Assembly (NCBI GenBank): GCA_963815115.1
Contig: CAWFFN010000012.1
Span: 384,001-448,000, forward strand
Direction of reading: 5' to 3'
DNA from: an uncultured delta proteobacterium
Lineage (GTDB): Bacteria > Desulfobacterota > Binatia > DP-6
DNA: 64,000 bases
The notes under the pieces were generated by a model. That model ran no database searches and was not told where the DNA came from. It saw only the letters and a program-made list of their open reading frames with translations. This document shows positions 1 through 10,680 of the stretch, in pieces. A program made the translations under genes and the position numbers. Position 1 is the first letter of the stretch. Each line of letters opens with the position of its first letter.

Positions 1-910
1 TCGCGGTCGGCTTGAACGCCACGCGGAAGTACACCGTCTCGCCGTTCGAGATGCCGCCCTGCACACCGCCGCTGCGGTTCGTCCGGGTGCGGACGCGGTC
101 CCCTTCCATGAAGAACACGTCGTTGTGCTCGAGACCGGTGAGATCGGTGCCGGCAAAGCCCGAGCCGATCTCGAAGCCCTTGCTCGCCGGAAGGCTCATC
201 ATCGCTCGGGCCAGATCGGCCTCCAGGCGGTCGAAGACCGGCTCGCCCCACCCCGGCTCACAGCCGCGCGCCACACAGGTGACAACGCCACCGAGCGAAT
301 TGCCGTCCTTTCGGGCCACCTCGACGGCCGCGATCATCTCCTCGGCGACGACCGGGTCGGGACAGCGAATCGGCGTGCGATCCACATCGGCGCGCGTGAC
401 CCGGTCCAGATCGGCGGCGGCGACCATGCGCCCTACCTTGGAGACGAAGGCAACGATCTCGACGCCCCAGCGCACCGCAAGGAGCTTGCGCGCGATCGCG
501 CCGGCCGCCACGCGTCCCGCGGTCTCGCGGGCGCTCGTGCGGCCGCCGCCGCGCCAGTCACGGATGCCGAACTTCGCCTGGTAGGTATAGTCGGCGTGGC
601 TGGGACGAAACTTCTCCGCCACCTCCGCGTAGTCGCCGGAACGCGCGTCCTCGTTCGGGATGAGCAGCCCGATCGGCGTACCCAGCGTGCGGCCGTCGAA
701 GACCCCGCTCAGGATGCGTACGGTGTCGGACTCCTTGCGCTGGGTGACGAGGTGGCTCTGCCCGGGCGCGCGGCGGTCGAGGTCGGGCTGGATGTCGGTC
801 TCCGAGAGGGGCAGCAGCGACGGGCAGCCGTCGACCACCGCGCCGATCGCCCCCCCGTGCGACTCTCCCCACGTCGTTACGCGGAACAGCGCGCCGAAGG
901 TGTTTCCCAC
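1..910 (-). CDS. aroC: Chorismate synthase (3' end runs off the window)
   Basis: Manual translation from GTG at 910 gives [19 protein letters not shown], then [23 protein letters not shown] and [11 protein letters not shown]. Absent from the ORF track because the stop is outside the window. Confidence 0.96.
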   Translation of the reverse strand, partial: MGNTFGALFRVTTWGESHGGAIGAVVDGCPSLLPLSETDIQPDLDRRAPGQSHLVTQRKESDTVRILSGVFDGRTLGTPIGLLIPNEDARSGDYAEVAEKFRPSHADYTYQAKFGIRDWRGGGRTSARETAGRVAAGAIARKLLAVRWGVEIVAFVSKVGRMVAAADLDRVTRADVDRTPIRCPDPVVAEEMIAAVEVARKDGNSLGGVVTCVARGCEPGWGEPVFDRLEADLARAMMSLPASKGFEIGSGFAGTDLTGLEHNDVFFMEGDRVRTRTNRSGGVQGGISNGETVYFRVAFKPTA

Positions 911-970
911 GTGATTGGCCCTCGCCGGCGGCATCCTAGCGGGCCCGCTCCCAAAGCGCGAGCCGAAGCG

Positions 971-1221
971 CGACCCGAGACTCCGTCTCGGGTCGGACGG
1001 AGAGCCTGCATGGGCATGGTGAAAAGGGCGGGCGTCCTGCCGCGGGCGGCGAAGCCGCCGCGGCAAACCTTCCGGAAGGCGAGCCTGTACGGGCGGACTG
1101 CGCTTCGACCGTGCCACCTTTTGCCGCGCCGGCTTTGCCGGCCGCGGCACGGCGTTGGCTTGATCCACCAGACGCTACACGCTCGCGTCAGCTCTCGATC
1201 CGAGACGCAGTCTCGGATCGA
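971..1221. repeat. Four-hairpin palindromic dispersed element, copy A (REP/REPIN/MITE-like)
   Basis: Terminal hairpins CGACCCGAGAC-tcc-GTCTCGGGTCG (971-995) and TCGATCCGAGAC-gca-GTCTCGGATCGA (1195-1221). Inner hairpins at 1038-1065 and 1122-1149. Aligns with the reverse complement of 16068-16352. Confidence 0.92.
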
Positions 1222-1856
1222 AGCGCTCGTATGGCGGCGGCGTAGTCCTGCGACTCGAAGACGGCGGAGCCCGCGACGAGGACGTCGGCCCCGGCTGCGA
1301 TCGCCCGTGACGCGTTGAACGACTTGATCCCTCCATCCACCTCGATGAGGAAGGCCGAGCCCGCCTCTGCGCGCATGCGGCGCGCGCTGCTGACGCGTTC
1401 CTGCCAGCCAGGCTCGATGTGCTGGCCCCCACGGCCGGGGTGAACCGTCATCACCAGGAGGAGATCGATGTCGCCGAGGAAGGGGCGTACCCGCTCGAGC
1501 GACGTCTCGGGATTCAAGGCGAGGCCCGACAGCGCTCCGGCCTCACGCACGCCGCGCAGGACGGCGGCGGGATCGGCGCAGGCCTCGACGTGTACGGTCA
1601 CCCGGTTCGCTCCCGCGGCGATGAAGTCGGGGATGTGGGGCTGCGGGTCCTCGACCATCAGATGCACGTCGAGGGGAATCGCCGTGGCGTCCCGCACCGC
1701 CTTCGTCACCAGCGGCCCGATGGTGATCGAGGGCACGAAGTGACCGTCCATGACGTCGACGTGGATCCAATCGGCTCCCGCCTGCGTCACGGCAGCGACC
1801 TCGTCGGCGATGCGGCCGAAGTCGGCGGAGAGGATCGAGGGAGCGATGAGCGCCAT
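1188..1856 (-). CDS. rpe: Ribulose-phosphate 3-epimerase
   Basis: Motifs IAPSILSADF, HVDVMDGHFVP, DVHLMV, IEVDGGI, LVAGSAVF. Confidence 0.97.
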   Translation of the reverse strand: MALIAPSILSADFGRIADEVAAVTQAGADWIHVDVMDGHFVPSITIGPLVTKAVRDATAIPLDVHLMVEDPQPHIPDFIAAGANRVTVHVEACADPAAVLRGVREAGALSGLALNPETSLERVRPFLGDIDLLLVMTVHPGRGGQHIEPGWQERVSSARRMRAEAGSAFLIEVDGGIKSFNASRAIAAGADVLVAGSAVFESQDYAAAIRALRSETASRIES

Positions 1857-1900
1857 CGCGCCTCTTCCCTAGCCGAGGCGCGAGGCCGGCGCCAGGCGGG

Positions 1901-3235
1901 TCAGCGTGCGCGCAGCCGCACCGCGAAGAACGCGTCGACGTCGTGGCGGTGCGGCCAGGTGCGCAGCGCGCCGTCCGCGTCGACCAGCGGAGCCGCGGCG
2001 GCGGGAAGCGACGCAACGGCCGACTCGCGCGCGAAGCGCGGCTCGGCGGCGAGGAAGGCGCCGATCACGTCGTCGGTCTCCGCGCGCAGCGGACTGCACA
2101 CCGCGTAGACGAGCACGCCGCCCGATCGCACCAGGCGCGCAACGCCCGCGAGCAGCTCGCGTTGCAGGGTAGCGAGCCGGGGCAGGTCTTCCGGGCGGCG
2201 GCGCCAGCGCAGCTCCGGATGGCGGCGCAGCGTGCCCAGACCGGAGCACGGCGCGTCGACCAGGACGGCGTCGAACCCACGGCGCAGCGGGGGCCGGCGC
2301 GCGTCGGCGACCACCGCGTGCAGCGAGACGGCTCCGAGGCGGGCCGCTTCGGTCGTGATCCGGCGAACGCCGCCGCGGTGCGGGTCCAGCGCCACGACCA
2401 GCCCGCGCGGACCGGCGAGCGCTGCCGCGTGCAACGCCTTGCCGCCGGGTGCCGCACAGGCGTCGAGGACCGCGTTTCCCGGTTCGATGCCGAGGAGGCC
2501 GGTGACGAGCTGGGATGGCTCGCCCTGGAAGACGAAACGTCCCGCTCGGTACGCCGGGGACGAGCGCAGGCGGGCGGCCTGTCGCTCGACGACCAGCGCG
2601 TCGGGGGCCCAGCGCCCGGGCGCGATCCGCACGCCCTGCGCGGACAGCTCGGCAGCGAGCGCGTCGCGGCCAGCGTGCGGCACGCCGATCCGGAGCGCGA
2701 CCGGCCCGCGCGCGTTGTCGGCGGCGAGGAGCGCTGCGAGCTCGGCAGTATCGAGCTGCGCGGACAGGCGCTCGACCAGCCAGCGCGGATGCGACCACTC
2801 GATGGCAAGCCTGCCGATCGGGTCCGCCTTCGCGTCGGGGAGAGCGAGCCCGTCGCGCCCGAGCCGTGCCGCGCGCCGCAGCACCGCGTTCGCCAGGCTG
2901 CCTCCGCGGCGGGCGAGGCGAACGCTGGCATCGACCGCGGCGTAGGCGGGGATGCGATCCAGGAAGAGGAGCTGGTACAGGCCGAGGCGCAGCGCCGCCC
3001 GGACCGGCGGATCGAGCGCCGCGACGGAGCCGCGGACCAGCTGCGCCAGGTGGTGATCGAGACGGCCCTGCCAGGCGAGCGTGCCGTACACCAGCTCCGT
3101 CGCGAGCGCGCGATCGGCGGCCGACAGCGACGCGTCGGTGAGGCGTCGCGCGAGCAACACGTCGGCGAAGGCGGACGTGGTCTCGACGCGGACGAGCACC
3201 TCGTGGGCGACGCCCCGCGAATCCCGCGCCGTCAC
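1901..3235 (-). CDS. rsmB: 16S rRNA m5C967 methyltransferase RsmB/Sun
   Basis: NusB-like N-terminus (ELVYGTL, LRLGLYQL), plus DACAAPGGK, LVDAPCSGLGTLRRHPE and VYAVCS. The GTG start overlaps the fmt stop (GTGA). Confidence 0.95.
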   Translation of the reverse strand: MTARDSRGVAHEVLVRVETTSAFADVLLARRLTDASLSAADRALATELVYGTLAWQGRLDHHLAQLVRGSVAALDPPVRAALRLGLYQLLFLDRIPAYAAVDASVRLARRGGSLANAVLRRAARLGRDGLALPDAKADPIGRLAIEWSHPRWLVERLSAQLDTAELAALLAADNARGPVALRIGVPHAGRDALAAELSAQGVRIAPGRWAPDALVVERQAARLRSSPAYRAGRFVFQGEPSQLVTGLLGIEPGNAVLDACAAPGGKALHAAALAGPRGLVVALDPHRGGVRRITTEAARLGAVSLHAVVADARRPPLRRGFDAVLVDAPCSGLGTLRRHPELRWRRRPEDLPRLATLQRELLAGVARLVRSGGVLVYAVCSPLRAETDDVIGAFLAAEPRFARESAVASLPAAAAPLVDADGALRTWPHRHDVDAFFAVRLRAR

Positions 3236-4185
3236 CCCAGCCGGATCCCCGCCGGCATCGGCTGGCCCGCGAGGAAGGACGCGGCAGGCATCCGTTTCCT
3301 GCCCTCGAGCTGGACCTCGACGAGGCGCAGCGTGCCGGCGCCGGTCGCCACCTCGATGCCGTCGTGACCGGCCGCCAGCACGGTGCCCGGCTGCTCGGCC
3401 GGTCGCGTCGCCGTGCCCAGGACCGCGCGATGAACCTTGAGCAGGCGCTCGCCGAGAATGGTGAAGGCGGCAGGGGCAGGCTGCATGGCGCGTACGAGTC
3501 GCTCGAGATCCACCGCTGGAGCCGTCCAACCGATGCGCGCGTGCTCGCGCTCGATGCGGGGCGCGAAGGTGACGCCGTCGGTGGGCTGCGGCCGCGCCTG
3601 CAGCGTGCCGGCGCGCAGCCCGTCGATCGCCTCGCCGATCGCCACCGCGCCGAGCGCGGCCAGCCGCTCGCCGAGCGTCCCCGCCGTGTCATCCGGCCCG
3701 ATCGGCGTCCGGTGCACGAGGAGAACGTCGCCCGCGTCCATCTCCTCGGTCATCTCCATGATGCTCACCCCGGTGACGGCATCGCCGGCGAGGATGGCGC
3801 GGGCGATCGGCGCGGCGCCGCGGTGTCGCGGGAGGATGGAGGCATGGACGTTGATGCAGCCGCGTGCGGGAAGATCGAGGATGGTGCGCGGCAGGATGCG
3901 CCCGTACGCGGCGACGACCACGAGATCGGGGGCGAGCGCGCGCAACGCATCGAGGAACGCCGGGTCTCGCACGCGTTCGGGTTGCAGGATCGGCAGCCCG
4001 CGCTGCGCCGCCAGCGCCTTCACGGCGGGCGGCTCGACGGCGAGACCGCGGCCGCGCGGGCGGTCGGGCTGGCAGACGACGCCCACCACCGGATCGGGGC
4101 GGGCGAGCAGGGCCTCGAGGATGTGGCGGGCAAACGCCGGCGTCCCCATGAAGAGGATGCGCCAGGGTCCGTCGTCAGCGCTCAA
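3232..4185 (-). CDS. fmt: Methionyl-tRNA formyltransferase
   Basis: Motifs RILFMGTPAFA, QPDRPRGRG, INVHASILPRHRGAAPI. A TTG start overlapping the def stop is inferred. Confidence 0.96.
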   Translation of the reverse strand: MSADDGPWRILFMGTPAFARHILEALLARPDPVVGVVCQPDRPRGRGLAVEPPAVKALAAQRGLPILQPERVRDPAFLDALRALAPDLVVVAAYGRILPRTILDLPARGCINVHASILPRHRGAAPIARAILAGDAVTGVSIMEMTEEMDAGDVLLVHRTPIGPDDTAGTLGERLAALGAVAIGEAIDGLRAGTLQARPQPTDGVTFAPRIEREHARIGWTAPAVDLERLVRAMQPAPAAFTILGERLLKVHRAVLGTATRPAEQPGTVLAAGHDGIEVATGAGTLRLVEVQLEGRKRMPAASFLAGQPMPAGIRLG

Positions 4186-4733
4186 AGGACCGATCGATGG
4201 GCGCCCGTGCCGCTGCTCGGGCGGCCCTGGCGCTCGAGCTTTCGCTGCCGCGCCTTGTAGAGATCTCGCTTCAGGCGCGAGATCCGATCCAGGAAGAGCT
4301 TGCCGTCGAGATGGTCGATCTCGTGCTGCAGGGCGACGGCGAGCAGCTCCTCGGCCTCGATCTCGATCTCCTTCTCCTCGGGGGTCCAGGCACGGACGAC
4401 GACGCGTTTGGCGCGGGTCACGGGAGCGGTGAACTCCGGCACCGACAGGCAGCCCTCCTCCCACACGATGGAGCCCTCGCGCTCGACGATCGCGGGGTTG
4501 ATGAGCTTCATGAGGTGCTTGCCCGGACCATCGTCCTCTTGCGGCACGTCGAGGACGATCACGCGCCGGCCGACGCCGACCTGCGGCGCCGCCAGCCCGA
4601 TCCCCGGCGCGGCGTACATCGTCTCCGCCAGGTCCTCCAGCAGCGTGGCGACCGTGCCGTCGATCTCGGAGACCTCTGCCGCGGCCTGCTTCAGCACGGC
4701 GTCGGGATAGGCGTGGATGTCGCGGATCGGCAC
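4182..4733 (-). CDS. def: Peptide deformylase
   Basis: Motifs GIGLAAPQVG, EGCLSVP, QHEIDHLDG. GTG start at 4733. Confidence 0.97.
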   Translation of the reverse strand: MPIRDIHAYPDAVLKQAAAEVSEIDGTVATLLEDLAETMYAAPGIGLAAPQVGVGRRVIVLDVPQEDDGPGKHLMKLINPAIVEREGSIVWEEGCLSVPEFTAPVTRAKRVVVRAWTPEEKEIEIEAEELLAVALQHEIDHLDGKLFLDRISRLKRDLYKARQRKLERQGRPSSGTGAHRSVL

Positions 4734-4740
4734 GAATCGG

Positions 4741-4769
4741 GGTCTATCCGGCGCGCCCGGACCCTGCAA
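4741..4769 (-). promoter_or_regulatory. Putative sigma70 promoter of def-fmt-rsmB-rpe, probably leaderless
   Basis: TTGCAG-17 nt-TAGACC, ending 7 nt before the def GTG. No Shine-Dalgarno sequence. Confidence 0.5.
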
Positions 4770-4779
4770 CGAGCCGGGC

Positions 4780-7061
4780 CTACTCCCGGTGCAGCGCCAT
4801 GGCGACCTCGATCGCCGGATCTCGCGGCGCCAGTCCGGGAAGCTCGATCACCACCTCGTGCAGGGCTCCGGTGAACGGAAACGGGGGCAGGTAGTCGTCG
4901 CAGACCGGGAAGCCGCCGTCCCGCCCGACGAGCAGGCCGCCGCCGCCGATCTGCCAGCGGAACGGCAGCATGCGGGCGAGTCGTCCCGTCGCCACGACGG
5001 CGTCGTCGACGGACAGCGACAGCTCGCATCCACGCCCGCCGGGGCGGACGTCGACGGCGAGCCGATGGCGTCCCGCCGGCACGGACTCCGGTGCCGCAAC
5101 GCGCTCGACGGCGCCGAACAGGTTGAAGGCCGCGACCAGACGTCCGCCGAGCACGTAGAGCGCCCAGCCGTTGCTCCAGTCGCCCAGCGCGCAGAGGATG
5201 CCCTCGACCCCCGCCGGCGGCACGTCGACCTCGGCGAGGGCCCGGAAGCCGCCGGCGAGAAACAGCGTGTCCTCCGAGACCGGCGCCGCCGCCCGGCCGG
5301 AAGACGCTCCGGAACCGCGGCGGCGAGGGCGGGGGCTCGAGCGCGGTCGCGCGGCCGATGAAGCTGTCGTCGAGCGGCAGCACGTTGTTGCGACCGGCCT
5401 CCACCCACCACAGCTCGACGAGCTGGCGAGTGCGTTCCGGGTGCTGGTCGCGCCGACGTCGAGCGCTTCGGCGAAGTCCGCCCCGAGGTCGAACAGCGCC
5501 CAGTGGTCGGTTGTCGAAGTCGAGGCTGCCCTGCAGGCGCTCGCGCTCGACGGTGAGCTGCTTGCCGACGTGATCGGTCGTCGCCTTCCAGCCCTCGTGG
5601 TAGATCGAGCGGCTGCCGAGCATCTCGAAGTACTGGGTCGAGCGCGGAGACGGCGCCGTTGCCTGGAGGAACGTGGGCAGAAGGCTGGCGCCGTCGAGGG
5701 GCTGCTGGCCGACGCCGTCGAGCGTCGTGGGAGCGGCGACGCCGGCCGCCTCGAGGATCGTCGGCATCACGTCGACGGCGTGGCAGAACTGCTCGCGAAG
5801 CTGGCCGCGCACCGCGATGCGGCGCGGCCAGTGCACGATCAGCGGCGTGCGCACTCCGCCGAGCCAGGTGTAGCGCTTCCACAGGCGCATCGGCGTGTTG
5901 CCGGCCCAGGCCCAGCCCCACGCGTAGTGGTTGTAGGCGCGGAGGCCGCCGAGGTCGTCGACGCGCGCCAGCGTGTCGCTGATGTCGTCGACCAGGTCGT
6001 GGGTGAAGCGGTGCTCGTTGAACGAGCCGATCGGTCCGCCCTCGGCGCTCGTGCCGTTGTCGGAGAGCACCACGAAGAGCGTGTCGTCGAGGCGTCCGAT
6101 CGCGGCGAGGAAGTCGACCAGCCGCCCGATCTGGTCGTCGGCGTGTGACACGAAGCCGGCGAAGACCTCCATCTGGCGGGCGAAGAGCCGCCGATGCGTC
6201 GTCGGGAATCGAGCCCCACGCGTCCACCCATGGCGGGCGCTCGGGCAGCGTCGTGCCGCGCGGCACGACGCCGAGCTCGAGCTGGCGTGCGAAGACCCGA
6301 TCGCGCAGCGCTTCCCAGCCGTCGTCGAAGCGGCCTCGGTAGCGCTCGATCCAGGCGCTCGGCGCCTGGTGCGGCGCGTGCGTGGCGCCGGTCGCGAAGT
6401 AGAGGAAGAACGGCTTGTCGGGCGCCGCCTGGTGCAGGTCCTGCACGGCGCGGATGGCCTGGTCGGCCAGGTCCTCGGTCAGGTGGTAGCCGTCCGCGGG
6501 CGATCGCGGCGGCTCGATGAAGCGGTTGTCGCACACCAGCTCCGGCGTCCACTGGTTGGTGTCGCCGTTCAGGAAGCCGTAGTAGCGCTCGAAGCCGAGC
6601 CCGAGCGGCCAGCGCTCGAACGGCCCGGCCGCGCTCTGCTCCCAGCGCGGCGCCAGATGCCACTTGCCGATCGCGATCGTGGCGTAGCCGGCGTCGCGCA
6701 GGAGGCGCGGCAGCGTGCCCGCGGACCGCGGGATGCGGCCGTCGTAGCCCGGGAAGCCGATCGGAATGTCGGTGAGGAAGCCCATGCCGACGGCGTGATG
6801 GTTGCGTCCGGTGAGAAGGCAGGCGCGGGTCGGCGAGCACAGCGCCGTCACGTGGAAGCGGTTGTAGCGCAGCCCTCCCGCGGCCAGGCGGTCGATCGCG
6901 GGCGTGGCGATCTCGGAGCCGAAGCAGCCGAGCTGGGCGAAGCCGAGGTCGTCGAGTACGACCACCACCACGTTGGGCGCGCCGGGCGCCGGTCGTGGCA
7001 GCGGGCTGAACGCCGGCTCGGACAGCGCGATCGTCCTGCCGATGCGGGCACGGGTCGTCAT
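4780..7061 (-). pseudogene. Arylsulfatase (formylglycine type) broken by about 4 single-base indels; pseudogene or sequencing error
   Basis: Motifs PNVVVVVLDDLGF, CSPTRACLLTGR (CxPxR), GKWHL, SDNG. Frame changes near 6194, 5511, 5450 and 5285 are needed to join the ORF-track pieces. Confidence 0.85.
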
Positions 7062-7123
7062 GGACGGGGATGACACCCGAAGACGGGGCGATCGTGCAAG
7101 CCCGGAGCGCTCCCCCCGCGTTG

Positions 7124-7356
7124 CCGACCCGATATGAGGTGAGCATGCGGCTTCTTCCTTCGTGGCACCGGCATGCGAACGCCGTGCTGCGGCCGGCGAA
7201 GCCGGCGCGGCAAAACTTGCGCCGCGTAGGTGCGCCGCCGGGTCGTGCTCCGGCACGTTTGCCGCGGCGGCGTCGCCGCTCGCGGCACGACGCTCGTATC
7301 GTGGACCCGAGCCTCATGCTCGCTCTCCGCCCGACCCGGGACGCAGTCCCGGGTCG
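7124..7356. repeat. Four-hairpin element, copy B (one terminal hairpin decayed)
   Basis: Inner hairpins at 7185-7212 and 7260-7287. Terminal hairpin CGACCCGGGAC-gca-GTCCCGGGTCG at 7332-7356 abuts the priA stop. Only CGACCCGA remains at 7124. Confidence 0.85.
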
Positions 7357-9573
7357 CTATGTGGAGTAGGGATCGACGTCGACCACGAGGCGCACCCCGG
7401 CGCGACGGAGGGCGCCCTCGGCTGCGCGTGCGGAGCGGCCGAGCGCGCGCAGCGCGGGCACCTTCGCGGAGCGCAGGAGGATCTGCCACCGCCACCGGCC
7501 GCGGACGCGGGCGACGGGCGGCGGGGCGGGGCCGAGGACGGTGTCGTCTCCGGCATCGAGGGTGCGCGCCTGACCGCGCAGCCGCTCGGCGAGCCGCCTC
7601 GCCGCGTTCTCGACGCGCGACTCGTCCCGGCCCTCGAGCCGTAGCAGCACCAGGCGCGCGAAGGGTGGATAGCCGAGGATGCGGCGGCGCTCCAGCTCGC
7701 CGGCCATGAAGCCGGCGTAGTCGTGGCGCACGGCCGCCACCAGGCTCGCGTGCTCCGGCCGCAGCGTCTGCACCAGGACCTGCCCCGGCGCCGTGCCCCG
7801 ACCCGCCCGCCCGGCCACCTGCACGAGGAGCTGGAAGGTGCGCTCGCCGGCGCGGAAGTCGGGCACGTTGAGCGACAGATCGGCGAGCAGCACGACCACC
7901 AGCGTGACGCCCGGGACGTCGTGCCCCTTGCTGACCATCTGCGTGCCGACGAGGATGTCGGTGTCACCGGCGTGCCAGTCGCGCAGGATGCGCCGCTGCG
8001 CTCCGGGGCGTTGCGCGGCATCGCGGTCCATGCGATCGACGGCCGCGGCGGGGAAGCAGCTCTGCAGCATCGCCTCGATCTGCTCGGTGCCCACGCCGAA
8101 GGCCTCGAGCGGCGGACCGCCGCAGCTCTCGCACGCACGCGGCGAGGGGCGGTGGTGATGGCAGTGGTGGCAGACGAGGGCGCTGGCGCGGCGATGCCAG
8201 GTGAGCGTCACGCTGCACTGCGGGCAGCTCGCCGGCGTGCCGCAGGCGGGGCACTGGAGATAGGTGGCGAAGCCACGCCGGTTGAGGAACACCAGCGTCT
8301 GTCTCTGCGCCGCGAGGGTGCTCTCGAGGGCCGCCCGGACCTTGCTCGACAGGAGGTCCTCGCCGCGCCGGGGACGGCTGCCCGCGCGCAGATCGATCAG
8401 CTCGACGACGGGCAGTGGTTGCGGTGTCGGCCGCGAGGCGAGGACGAGCCTGGTGTGTCGGTTCTCGAGAGCCGCCTGGTATGTCTCCGAGGACGGCGTC
8501 GCCGAGGCCAGCACCACCACGCCGCCGGCGAGACGTGCCCTGACCACGGCCAGGTCACGCGCGTTGTAGCGGATGCCGTCCTCCTGCTTGTAGGCGGCGT
8601 CGTGCTCCTCGTCGACCACGATGAGGCGGGGACTGCCCAGCGGGGCGAACACCGCCGAGCGGGCACCGACCACCACGCGCGCCTCGCGTGCCCGGATGCG
8701 CCGCCACTCGGACCAGCGCTCGCGGGGACCGAGACCGCTGTGGAGGACGGCGACCAGATCGCCGAAGCGTCCGCGCACGCGCGCCACGAGCTGGTGCGTG
8801 AGGGCGATCTCCGGCACGAGCACGAGGACGTCGCCGCCCGCGGCGAGGGTATCGTCGGCCGCGGCCAGGAAGACCTCGGTCTTGCCGCTGCCGGTGATAC
8901 CGTGAAGCAGGAACGAGCGAGCAGCACCGGCGCGCACCGCGGTCACGATGGCCTCGGCCGCCGCGCGCTGCTCGCTGGTCAGGCTGACGCGGCTCGGGAC
9001 CGGCTCGGGCGGAGGAACCGCCCGCGGCCGCGGCGCTCGGCGCGCCTCCGCGAGCCCGGCGCGCACCAGGCCGCTCACGCCGCCCTGCTCGATTCCCGCA
9101 GCGCGGAAGTCCCGCGTCGCGAGCTGGCCGCCCGCGGCAGCGGCCAGGAGGCGATATGCCCGGGCGCGGGCAGGAGCGCGCCGCGCGAGCGCGTCCTCGT
9201 CCTCCCGCGCCAGGCGCCGGACGAGGACCAGCACGCGCTCTTCGGCTGGTTCGGGCAGCCGGGTCGGGACGATGGTGCCGATCACCTCGGCGAGCGACAC
9301 CAGGTAGTAGCGCGCCGTCCACCGGCACAGCTCGAGCAGGTCCGCCGGCAGGAGCGGCTCCGGATCGACGCAGTCGATCACGGAGCGCAGATCACCGCCG
9401 GGGAGCGACTCGGTGAATCCCGCCACCACGCCGAGCCGGATCTGGCGTCCGAGCGGGATGCGTACCCGCATTCCCGGCCGCACGCGCTCGCGCAGCGAGC
9501 CCGGCACTCGATACGTGAACAGATCTCGCAGCGGCACCGCCGGCAGCGGCGCGATCTCGACGAGGCCGGGCAT
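7357..9573 (-). CDS. priA: Primosomal protein N' (replication restart helicase)
   Basis: Motifs GITGSGKTEV, VDEEHD, SATPS, LNRRGF, four CxxC pairs, GTQMVSKGHD, QVAGRAGR. Confidence 0.97.
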   Translation of the reverse strand: MPGLVEIAPLPAVPLRDLFTYRVPGSLRERVRPGMRVRIPLGRQIRLGVVAGFTESLPGGDLRSVIDCVDPEPLLPADLLELCRWTARYYLVSLAEVIGTIVPTRLPEPAEERVLVLVRRLAREDEDALARRAPARARAYRLLAAAAGGQLATRDFRAAGIEQGGVSGLVRAGLAEARRAPRPRAVPPPEPVPSRVSLTSEQRAAAEAIVTAVRAGAARSFLLHGITGSGKTEVFLAAADDTLAAGGDVLVLVPEIALTHQLVARVRGRFGDLVAVLHSGLGPRERWSEWRRIRAREARVVVGARSAVFAPLGSPRLIVVDEEHDAAYKQEDGIRYNARDLAVVRARLAGGVVVLASATPSSETYQAALENRHTRLVLASRPTPQPLPVVELIDLRAGSRPRRGEDLLSSKVRAALESTLAAQRQTLVFLNRRGFATYLQCPACGTPASCPQCSVTLTWHRRASALVCHHCHHHRPSPRACESCGGPPLEAFGVGTEQIEAMLQSCFPAAAVDRMDRDAAQRPGAQRRILRDWHAGDTDILVGTQMVSKGHDVPGVTLVVVLLADLSLNVPDFRAGERTFQLLVQVAGRAGRGTAPGQVLVQTLRPEHASLVAAVRHDYAGFMAGELERRRILGYPPFARLVLLRLEGRDESRVENAARRLAERLRGQARTLDAGDDTVLGPAPPPVARVRGRWRWQILLRSAKVPALRALGRSARAAEGALRRAGVRLVVDVDPYST

Positions 9574-9704
9574 CAACGAGCCGTCTGCTTAGAGCCCGTC
9601 TCGATGGGAGTCAAAGGTGCGACCGGCGAACACGAGTGTTGCACCGGCGTTTCGTGGCCACGCAGGTGACCGCGAATATCCGCGCGCTCGTTGCGGGCGC
9701 ATCG

Positions 9705-9720
9705 GGGCACGAGCCTTGCT
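9705..9720 (+). promoter_or_regulatory. Putative sigma54 (-24/-12) promoter of pilMNOPQ
   Basis: GGGCAC-GAGCC-TTGCT matches TGGCAC-N5-TTGCW with correct GG-N10-GC spacing, 39 nt before the pilM ATG. Confidence 0.65.
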
Positions 9721-9759
9721 CTCTGGACAGACGTGCGGTGGTGGACGGGATCCCCGGGC

Positions 9760-10680
9760 ATGCGGCGCTTCCACGCTCTCGACATCGGTTCGTGCAGCGT
9801 CAAGCTCCTCACCGTTCGCTCCGCCGCGGAGTGCGTGCGCATCGAGGCGATGGCGGTCGGCGAGCTGCCGGCAGGCGTCATGCACGGCCATCAGGTGCGC
9901 GAGCGCGAGATCGTCGCGGCGACCATTCGCCGGCTGGTGGGTGAGGTGAGCGGCCGGCGGCTGCCGGTGATCGTGGCGTTGCCGGGGCCCGCCGTCATGG
10001 TGCGGCACGTGGTCCTGCGCCCGCTTCCCGGCGAGCCGCTCGAGACGGCCGTGGTGCGCGAAGCGGCCGCGATCCTCCCGGACGCGCCGGAGCGTGCGGT
10101 CCTCGACTTCCAGGTGATGAGTCCGTGGCAGCAAGACGGCTCGTACGAGGTGGCGCTGGTGGCCGCTCGCAGGGAGCTCGTGCAGAGCTACACGGGAGCC
10201 ATCCGGGCCGCCGGTCTCGAGCCGCGGGCGGTCGACGTCGAGAGCCTCGCCCTCGAGCGCATGTATCGCCTGAGCCACCATCCCGGAGCGCCGGGCGCTC
10301 CGGTTGCACTGGTGCACGCCGGGGCGCGCTACACCGCCATCAGCGTGCTCCGCGGCGATCGGTCGGCGTTCGTCGGCGACGTACCCGCGGCGGGCTCTCC
10401 CGGCGACGGCGCCGCGCTTGCGGAGGAGGTCCAGCGTGCGCTCGGTCTCTTCTGGCCGGACCCCTCGGCCCCGCTCGGCTGCGCCGTCCTGTCGGGCGGC
10501 GCGTCTTCCCGCGCCGGCCTCGCCGCGGCGCTCGAGTCCCGGCTCGGTTGCCCGGTGACCATGGCGACACCCTTTCGCCGTGTGGAGGTCGGCAAGCGCG
10601 TGGATCGGCAGCAGCTCGATCGACTCGGACCGGCCCTGGCCGTCGCGGCGGGGCTGGCGTTGCGTTCAGCGCGCGCATGA
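9760..10680 (+). CDS. pilM: Type IV pilus assembly protein PilM
   Basis: Actin-like motifs ALDIGSCSVK, VLDFQV, VDVESLAL, LSGGAS, AVAAGLALR. First gene of the MNOPQ order. Confidence 0.85.
   Translation: MRRFHALDIGSCSVKLLTVRSAAECVRIEAMAVGELPAGVMHGHQVREREIVAATIRRLVGEVSGRRLPVIVALPGPAVMVRHVVLRPLPGEPLETAVVREAAAILPDAPERAVLDFQVMSPWQQDGSYEVALVAARRELVQSYTGAIRAAGLEPRAVDVESLALERMYRLSHHPGAPGAPVALVHAGARYTAISVLRGDRSAFVGDVPAAGSPGDGAALAEEVQRALGLFWPDPSAPLGCAVLSGGASSRAGLAAALESRLGCPVTMATPFRRVEVGKRVDRQQLDRLGPALAVAAGLALRSARA

Noticed and set aside
4780-7061. Programmed frameshifting in the sulfatase
   Set aside because: Four scattered indels without slippery heptamers or homopolymers. Decay or sequencing error is simpler.
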